Shown piece by piece: positions 50,624 through 64,000 of a DNA stretch of 64,000 bases. A program made the position numbers and the translations under genes. Position 1 is the first letter of the stretch; every line of letters starts with the position of its first letter. The notes beneath the pieces are model-generated. The model was not told the origin of the DNA. It ran no database searches and was given only the letters and a program-made list of their open reading frames with translations. The stretch spans positions 29,698,001-29,762,000 of the forward strand of contig OZ231126.1 in NCBI GenBank assembly GCA_965153355.1, given 5' to 3'. This stretch comes from Flaccisagitta enflata. Lineage: Eukaryota.

Positions 50624-52981
50624 ATGCCGCGTGGAGGCGGCGGCGTTGTGAGCAAGTTGGAAGAGTCGGTGTCTCGGATTTTCATGGAAGCGGCGTTTAA
50701 GTTAAGCGGCGCCTTGAGCGCCGACATGTTTTTCCTGCTGCAAACCGGCGACGGTAAGCGTCGGTTTTGCGGCCGCGATTCTCTCGTCGATGATTTCGTC
50801 ACCGGCGACCTCCGCTTCAAGGACTCAGACGTCCATTTCCGCTTTTTCGACGACGCCGAACCGTTTGTTGACGACGATGATGATGATGTTGACGACTACA
50901 TTGACGACGTCGAGGATGCGCCATCTGACGTGTCTGAAGACAATTTGAGCGTTGGAGGAGGAAGAAGAGGAAAAGGCGAAGGAAAGAAAACAAACGATTC
51001 AACTTCTTCAAAACGGAAATGTCCTACCAGCCCACATGAAGCTCCGGCGACTAAAACTTCACGCAAAACCCTCAAAGCGAAAAAGAGTGGTCAAAAAGAT
51101 GCAGTCTTCGACGAAACTGCCCCCAAAAGTATTCCCTCAATGCCGGACAAAAAGCCCAACGCCGACGCCGCCGAGTCTGCCTCCGCTTCCGCTTCCGCCG
51201 CCTCAACCGCCTCCGTCTCTAACCCGCGCAAATCCGATGAAGTTTCCAACTATGACAAAACTGGCAAAAAATTCACCGTCTCCGCCAACAAATCTATCGA
51301 CGAGGCGACTTCTTCCGCCTCCGCCAAACCCCCAGCCGAGGCCTCTACCACTTCCGCCCCAGCCGCTTCCCACGACTCTCTCGACGTCGACGACGACAAT
51401 CTCCCCAATGCGGGCGCCCCTCCGGCGTCGGCTCACGTGATCCTCCGTTATTTGCCGGAGAACATGGCTGACGCCAACATCAAATCCAAATTGAGTTATC
51501 TCCTGAAAAAATTCGGCGCGAAAATACACGAAGTTCAAATCATCCACAAGAAAGTGAATCAACCTCGTTCTCGCTACGCCATCGTCTTGTGCGACTCGCG
51601 CACGCAAGCGCACAAATTGATCACTATCACGCGCAACGAAGACTTTCGCGCCAAATTGAAATTCAACACGCTGATGACGGCGGAAGTGGTTCATAAATTC
51701 GACGAGCACGACCCGCGCGCCATGCGCACACTGCGCGTCAGTAATCTGCACGCCGAAGTGGATAAAACGGAACTGCGTCGACTCTTCGAACCTTTCGGGG
51801 AAATTTACTCGCTTGAAATGCGTCACTCGAAGAATGAGAAAACTGGAATCAGCATCGGCACGGCGTTTATTCAGTACGCCTCCGTCGACATCGCCGTTCG
51901 AGCCCGCGAGAGGCTCATCGGCTACAAAATGCGCTCTCTCCCGTTGCTCATCGGCTTTGTGAAAAGTGTCAAATCGGATTGTCTCGTGCTAAACAACGTG
52001 GACTCTGCCACTGTGGCGCATACGCTGAAAAACCGCTTCGGCACTTTGGACGACGTCTACGTGAAAAAGGACAAACGACAAGCGCTGTTGTTTTTCCGCG
52101 ACGTGGATTGCGCCGATAAGGCCATGGAAGTCATCGCTCAGAAGAGGCTCGCTGGTCCCATGTGTCAAATGGATTTCGCCAGCGTCGATCTTCAAGACGC
52201 CTTTCTAGGCAAAGGGGGCGGCGCCGCTTCTTCTCTAGCGTCATCGGCCACTTCCTCCGGCGCTGTATCAGCTTCTTCTTCCGTCGCCGGAATTGGCGGA
52301 AAAGACACACCGGCGGAAAAAGTGAATCTCGTGCGTCTTGACGGAGGATTTGGCATCCCCGTAGAAAAGTTTGAAGTGGCGTCGACAGACGAGTTGGGTG
52401 GAATCACCGTCGAAGACGGCGCCTCTGATATTTCCGACGACGACGAGATTGATGGTGGCACCGGAGGAGGAGGAAGCGGAGAGGAGAAAGGAGGAAAAGG
52501 TGGCAAAGGCGTTGCCGAAAATGACGATGGTCTCGTTCGTGCCTCACCCGTGCCTTCTGAAGGAGGAGGAGGAAGTGGTGGTCCGAAAATCATCCGCACG
52601 AAAAAAGCGATTATGGATAGTCTCGATTTTTCAATTCCACTCTCCGACGGCCAAACAAAATCTCGTGAAAACGATAACAACGTTGAGGGCGATGATAACG
52701 ACGACGATGCTGACGACGATAACGACGAATCTGCGCTTTCGACTGGAGAATCGAAAAAGCAGCGTCTCTTCGTGGGCAACTTGGGAGGCAAAGTCACGAG
52801 TGACGTCATTCGCGCCGAGTTTGAAAAGTTTGGTCAAATCGCCTCTTTGGAAATGAGTCCCGACAACTCTTACTGCTTCATCAGATTCGTGGATGAAAAC
52901 GAAGACGCTCACTCCACCGCCATGGACGCCCTCAACGGCAAAAAGATCGACGACGTCGAACTGCTCATATGCATGGATTGA
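50624..52981 (+). CDS. Intronless multi-RRM protein (785 aa) with three SPEN-like RRMs plus a C-terminal RRM; no SPOC domain
   Basis: DEHDPRAMRTLRVSNL...LFEPFGEI...AFIQYASV...IGFVKSVKSDCL...MDFASVDLQDAF aligns by eye with the SPEN RRM region (DEFHPKATRTLFIGNL...LGFGKSMPTNCV...VDFANRESQLAF). The final RRM has RLFVGNLG/YCFIRF. The first ATG is at 50624. Confidence 0.85.
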   Translation: MPRGGGGVVSKLEESVSRIFMEAAFKLSGALSADMFFLLQTGDGKRRFCGRDSLVDDFVTGDLRFKDSDVHFRFFDDAEPFVDDDDDDVDDYIDDVEDAPSDVSEDNLSVGGGRRGKGEGKKTNDSTSSKRKCPTSPHEAPATKTSRKTLKAKKSGQKDAVFDETAPKSIPSMPDKKPNADAAESASASASAASTASVSNPRKSDEVSNYDKTGKKFTVSANKSIDEATSSASAKPPAEASTTSAPAASHDSLDVDDDNLPNAGAPPASAHVILRYLPENMADANIKSKLSYLLKKFGAKIHEVQIIHKKVNQPRSRYAIVLCDSRTQAHKLITITRNEDFRAKLKFNTLMTAEVVHKFDEHDPRAMRTLRVSNLHAEVDKTELRRLFEPFGEIYSLEMRHSKNEKTGISIGTAFIQYASVDIAVRARERLIGYKMRSLPLLIGFVKSVKSDCLVLNNVDSATVAHTLKNRFGTLDDVYVKKDKRQALLFFRDVDCADKAMEVIAQKRLAGPMCQMDFASVDLQDAFLGKGGGAASSLASSATSSGAVSASSSVAGIGGKDTPAEKVNLVRLDGGFGIPVEKFEVASTDELGGITVEDGASDISDDDEIDGGTGGGGSGEEKGGKGGKGVAENDDGLVRASPVPSEGGGGSGGPKIIRTKKAIMDSLDFSIPLSDGQTKSRENDNNVEGDDNDDDADDDNDESALSTGESKKQRLFVGNLGGKVTSDVIRAEFEKFGQIASLEMSPDNSYCFIRFVDENEDAHSTAMDALNGKKIDDVELLICMD

Positions 52982-53482
52982 ATTCGGAGGGGGGTTGGTT
53001 TGGGGTGTGGGAAAGGGAAAAGTGGCCTGTCGATATGAGCATTGCAGTAGTCTGTAGTTCAATTGATAGCCGAAAGAGTTCTGGTCTGAAGAAACACGGG
53101 ACTGACGGACCTGCGTACTAAAGCTAAAGCGTAAGTTTGACATTTTTTTGGAGCACATATAGATAGAAAATTAGGATTGAATGATGTCGTGATTTTGTAT
53201 TTCTATAGCTCATAGGGTGGCTTTGTCCTACACTATTCAATATTTTAACGCTTGAACGCTGGTCCTTTTCTGTTCATTTTCGTTCTCTTTCTTGAAGTTT
53301 AATTAATCAATTTTGCTTATTTAAATGAATTTAATTTTTGGTTATGATTTCAAGTATTTAATCATTCTTTCCTCCGGTGTTTCCAGATTTTAATGTAAAA
53401 GAATTTTTTTTAAAAACCGAATTAAAAAAAAACGACCAACACATTTAAAAAAAAATCAGCTGCGCACATTTTTCTTTCAAGC

Positions 53483-58727
<5,245 letters not shown>

Positions 58728-60898
58728 TGACGCTCCGGCTGCCGCCACCGCCGCTGCCACCAGCGCCGCCGCCGCCACCGGCGTTCGTCGAGGCTACAGC
58801 AAATCTCGTCGACGCTTGATGGCGTGTCAACACCGATGTTTCACGACGAAGACGACGACGACGACGACGAAAACAACAACGATAGATATCGCAACGACGA
58901 CGACAACAACGACAATGACAATGGCAAATGTTAACAGCGACGTCACGAACATCACGGTCACTTACCATAAATGTCAGCGAGGAGTATAATAGAACTTTTG
59001 TAACGGACCCCCTTTTTTCGTCATTTAATAAACGAATTGAGACAAATGGATATATTCCGTTTCATGGTCGACACTTTTTGTTTGTTTTATTTTATCCAGT
59101 TGTACATTACAAGCGAGTTTGATGGTAGATCCAAGAAAAGAAATTGTACAAAGAAAGAAACGCGTTCATGCGAACAACAACAACAACAACAATCCTCTCG
59201 AGGCTAAACCTCTGATAGCAAAATATTACCCACGTAGTCTGTTCAGTTTCGAGTTGTGGTCCGTTATCCACTTCAAATTTTGAAGAAAGAAAAAGAATTC
59301 GTTGTTTTTTTTTGTTTTTTTTTGGTTTCCCCCTCTCGCCTATACGTTCTTTAGAACAAATTTTTTGGTCAATCTGGCTTTTTATATAAGTTTTACGTTA
59401 CTTATGAAATCCTTTTGGTCACGGCATTGTGTAGAACCTTTCTAGTTACTAAAATGTATATGAAAAGAATAGCCGATTGTGTGCGCAACGCGGATCTGGA
59501 ACATAAACATGCTTTTTTCCTCCCCTCGACCTTCATCGTCCAAAAAAGTTAATATACAAAAAGGATTAGCCATCTAGAGACTCCGTCGTGTCCTAACTAC
59601 AGTCTCCTAACCAAAATTATCCACTAAAAAACTAGCTTCCTGTTTTAATACTTTTTTTCGCATTGTTTTTTTCTTCGTATCATTTGCCTTCTTTCTTGCA
59701 TCAGAAAATGCGGCGCGAATTTTGAGGAATAAATTATTTTACTTTCTATACAAATTTTGGTTGACGGTATATTTCTTCTTTTTTCCCCCCTTCTCTCTCC
59801 CTCTCGCGCGCACGCGGGGGATCGGAAGCTTGTGTGTGTATAGGAATGAATTTATCACAAAACGGAAAAAACCGCGACAAGTTTTTTATCTGTCTCTGTC
59901 TCTATCGGGTGCGAACTGATTTACAATTTTCAATTCATCATGTGAAAAAAAGAGAGACGGCAAAAAGAACTCCCACCCAAGAACTCTGCTTCTTATTAAT
60001 TGGTTTCTTGAACATAGATAATGTCTTTTTATTATTTTGCATCGTTAGAAGCTATTATAGTTAGTCGCGCGGGGAGAGAGTTAACGGACATCTAAAATCA
60101 TCGTTGACTTTTACCGCCTGCGGCTTCAGTTCTTTTCCGTTCAAAAATTTCATTATCATCATTACTATTATTGTTTTTGTACAAACGACGAATTGTTCAG
60201 TTATAAATCGGAATGATCTTTCGTGTTACGCTCCCTTTAAAGAAAAAAATGTGATAAATTATTGTAAAACGTGCTTTTTTTTTTCTTTCTCTCTGACACA
60301 ACACCCGGTATCGTTTTGATCCATAGTTGTACATAATATACACCCAACGCAAAAATTGAATACGTGGCACGCGCGCGCATGCGCAGACTGGAGGTCCAAA
60401 CGCAACTGAAACGATAACCACAACGACAGGGCGAATGAATACATTCAGATAATGATTCTCTTCTTAACTTACTGATGGCTATCAATGGGAAAATAAGCTT
60501 AGCTTTCAATCCCGAGACGGACGAAGATTTTTAAGAACATTTTGGGAAAGAAAGAAGCGTTGTGATCTCTATCATTTGCGTTAATGCGACTGATAAAAAC
60601 TAAAAACAAACAAAACCAAGTCTAGTCATAATTACAACAAAAACTCATCGACCATCTTTCAATCGATCAATTAATCAATCCACCAATTTTTCCTATACTA
60701 CCCTCGCGCCAATCTTCATTCGCCATAGTCATGTGATCCTGATCCCGTGTGACGTTCAGCTTCTTCACGCCATCTCTATTTAGCACCAGTTGCAACTTTT
60801 GTTAGGACTTGGTGGTTCGAATACTAGTTTGGGCGTTTAAGAGGCGCCGTATTTGATCCTGCTGTAGTAATCACGTTGTAAACCTCCCCCGATTCAAA

Positions 60899-63800
60899 AT
60901 GCCCGCTCCTATGAGACTCAGAGACCTTATCAGGCAGATCCGATCGGCTAGAACAGGTTCGTAGTTGAAAATGAAGATGTTATGTCAATCACTTGACGTG
61001 AACGCGCTCATCCTGAGCTTTTCGAGTAATATCCATAGTTACGTCGACCAGTGTGATCGCGGCCCGATTAAGTGATTTTGTATATTGCAATCTCAACGCC
61101 GTCATTCAATTTTTCTTCTTTTCCATGGCCTTCCAAAACCGGTCATCGTTATTGCATTATCCCCTCACTCGTCAAAAATAAAAAAAATAAAAAGAATAAA
61201 CAAACCAAACTTCCTTTACATCAGCGGCGGAAGAGCGGTCGGTAGTTCAAAAAGAATGCGCGTACATTCGGACGACGTTCCGTGAAGAGGACAACACGTG
61301 GCGTTGTCGCAATGTCGCCAAACTTCTTTACATCCACATGCTCGGTTATCCGGCACATTTTGGACAGTTGGAATGCATGAAGCTCATCGCCTCTCCACGC
61401 TTCACCGACAAAAGAATAGGTTGAGAATAAATTTGCTAATCTTGTAATCTGAAACTAAGTTAGTGTTGGAATAAGCTGGTGCTAGGTTGGATCGGGGCTG
61501 CGCCAAAAAGGGTTGTATGGTTTGAAATGGTTGTATGGTCCCGTGGAAGGACCGTCTGACCGTCCCAAACGCGAAATTTCTCGACATGATTTTGAATCGA
61601 AAGAAGGTGAATCTATTGGACATGCCTTGTTTTAAACGCATAAAGAGCCCTCATCATTCGATTTTGTGGCTGGCCATTTATCCCTACCCAATCCAATATA
61701 AAGTATGTACATCTCTTATTTTACACTACTTGTCTCATATCACAACGTGTGTCAGGATACTTGGGCGTAATGCTACTGTTAGACGAAAATCGCGAGGTTC
61801 ACCTTTTGGTGACAAATTCGTTGAAGCAAGACTTGAGTCATCAGACTCAATTCATCGTCGGTCTCGCACTTTGCACGCTTGGTACCATTTGCTCGCCCGA
61901 AATGAGTCGGGATCTAGGTAAGGCACGATCAATCCCACCGAGAGGGGAAACACTCAAATTACTGATAGGGGCAAAAAATAACCATAAGTGCAATAAAAAT
62001 GGCCGATTTTTGAAAGGTCTGTAAAGGATCAAAAATTCATCTGAACATAGCAAAATTCATGACACCTTGAAAGCCCTTCAAAAGATCTTTCATTTGAAAC
62101 TTTTGTGGGACCACTAACTCAATGAATATGCAAATGAGAGTAAGATTAGTAAAACCGCTTAATTTTGAAACTGCCCATGGTGTCTTTACAAAGTTCCATA
62201 AAAAATCACAGAAGACGTTGCCCAATATTGATGAAAATTGAACTGATATTGGGGCAAATACAGGTCAACTAGCCCCTAAAATTTCATCGAAATCGATTAA
62301 GATCTTCTATCATTTTTACTCATCTAAAACATTTCAGAAAATCCGAGTGACAAATTCAGCCCTTTTTTTATGAGGTGGCAATGTAGTTGTTAGCCCTTAA
62401 TCTGTCATATTTTCTGAAAGAATTGAGAAAAAATTTGCTGCATGGACTCAAATGAAAGATAATTTTGATATGTTTCTACAAGGCATGGATTTAAGGATGG
62501 TCCCAAGAATCGTTTGACCAAAACCTGTGCTCAAAGCTGTTGAAAAATCGGCCATTTTTATTGCACTCATGGTTATATTTGATATCGCGTTGATTTATCT
62601 GCAACTCTGTTGTCACTGTTTGTCTTATCAGCTGTTGACTGTTTTCTCTGTGCCCTTAGCCTATCTACGGCTGATCATGGTTTATCTCGTCTTTTATCAT
62701 TTTCAGTTTTCAATGATTAGCTCCTTAATTTCTTCATATCTTCATGGCGAAAAATATGGAGATTCCCGTTATGTCGTGCTTGCTGTCGGTCGCTTAGTGG
62801 CGGCTTACGCGTGAATCTTTTTACCATTTCGTCTGTCAGTCGGTCCTAACTTTTCTGTAGGTATCAAATTTTCTTGCTTTGGCCAATCCGCCTGGCGTAT
62901 CTGCCTGGCGAATCTGTCTGGCACATCTGCCCGACAATGCGCCACTTTAGCCGACGGGTATACAACGTTCTTTCCATGTGATCAAGACATTGTCACCACT
63001 GGGAGGGCCGACGTGTCATTACAAGTTCATGCCCCCCCATGTAGAACACAGAGGGACTTTTGTTCGTCCGTACGTCCGTCCGTTAGTCCCCCCCAGGCCC
63101 TCTCAGGCCTGAAATCTGCCCTCTGAGGCCTGCAATCTGCCCTCTGAGGCCTGCAATTTGCCCTCTGAGGCCTGCAATCTGCCCTCTGAGGCCTGCAATC
63201 TGCCCTCTGAGGCCTGCAATCTGCCCTCTGAGGCCTGCAATCTGCCCTCTGAGGCCTGCAATCTGCCCTCTGAGGCCTGCAATCTGCCCTCTCAGGCCTG
63301 CAATCTGCCCTCTCAGGCCTGCAATCTGCCCTCTCAGGCCTGCAATCTGCCCTCTCAGGCCTGCAATCTGCCCTCTCAGGCCTGAAATCTGCCCTCTCAG
63401 GCCTGAAATCTGCCCTCTCAGGCCTGCAATCTGCCCTCTCAGGCCTGCAATCTGCCCTCTCAGGCCTGCAATCTGCCCTCTCAGGCCTGAAATCTGCCCT
63501 CTCAGGCCTGAAATCTGCCCCCTCAGGCCTGAAATCTGCCCTCTCAGGCCTGAAACCTGTCCTTAGACCTTAAATATGCCCTCTCAGATTTCAGGCCTAA
63601 AGAGGGCAGATTTCAGGCCTGAGAGGGCCTGGGGGGGGGGACTGACGGACAGACAGACGGACGAGCAAAATTCCCCCTGCGTTCTACGAGACTTCGTCCC
63701 CTTGGGGGCCGCTGCCCTGCTTCCTCTCACTCTGATTCACAACCATGCAAAGCAGGGCAACGGGTATCGCTGACCACATATTGCCCTTGGGCGACCTGTT

Positions 63801-64000
63801 CACCCTTCCCGCTCTTTCCATTCTGTCCAATCTCTTAGCTGGTGATGTGGAAACTCTGCTCAAATCTTCCAACGCATATCTGAAGAAAAAGGCGGCTTTG
63901 TGCGCGATGCGAATCATACGCAAAGTTCCCGAGCTTCTGGAGATGTTTCTGCCCGCCACAAGGTCCCTCCTGAACGAGAAGAATCACGGCGTTCTACTCA
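60899..64000 (+). CDS. AP1G1: AP-1 complex subunit gamma (gamma-adaptin), 5' part; exons 60899-60956, 61225-61419, 61756-61917, 63839->64000
   Basis: Motifs [74 protein letters not shown] and [18 protein letters not shown]. Confidence 0.97.
61970..62580. mobile_element. Inverted-repeat MITE in AP1G1 intron 3
   Basis: ATAACCATAAGTGCAATAAAAATGGCCGATTTT / AAAATCGGCCATTTTTATTGCACTCATGGTTAT. Confidence 0.75.
63105..63555. repeat. 21-bp minisatellite inside a dispersed repeat
   Basis: (GCCTGCAATCTGCCCTCTSAG)n. It produces the spurious PSEACNL ORF. Confidence 0.95.

Noticed and set aside
51203-53158. Long antisense ORFs opposite the RRM gene
   Set aside because: Shadow ORFs of a GC-rich coding region with no recognisable motifs.

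Overview
Eukaryotic, almost certainly invertebrate animal, genomic DNA. It is AT-rich with GT-AG introns and no prokaryotic features. Gene models were hand-spliced and phase-checked. Left to right: (1) the probable 3' end of a gene at 1-593; (2) an 11-exon, ~502-aa orphan gene (+, 9469-24939); (3) DENND11/LCHN (-, 26443-29065); (4) a run of seven + strand genes: LAGE3/PCC1, ALKBH2, TBL3/UTP13, PRPF31, an intronless SPEN-RRM-derived gene, the PP2A catalytic subunit and the 5' part of AP1G1. The first four of these seven are separated by only 57, 90 and 150 nt, and the spacers carry apparently unpaired 3' splice-site motifs. This looks like a trans-spliced eukaryotic operon. The SPEN-like ORF lacks SPOC, has a MADS-like N-terminal segment and may sit inside a PP2A 5'UTR intron. 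Introns and spacers are packed with non-autonomous DNA elements (palindromic TA-target MITEs, hAT-like elements, Helentron/DINE-1-like hairpin elements), often nested and carrying minisatellites. No autonomous transposase, tRNA, rRNA or CRISPR array was recognised.
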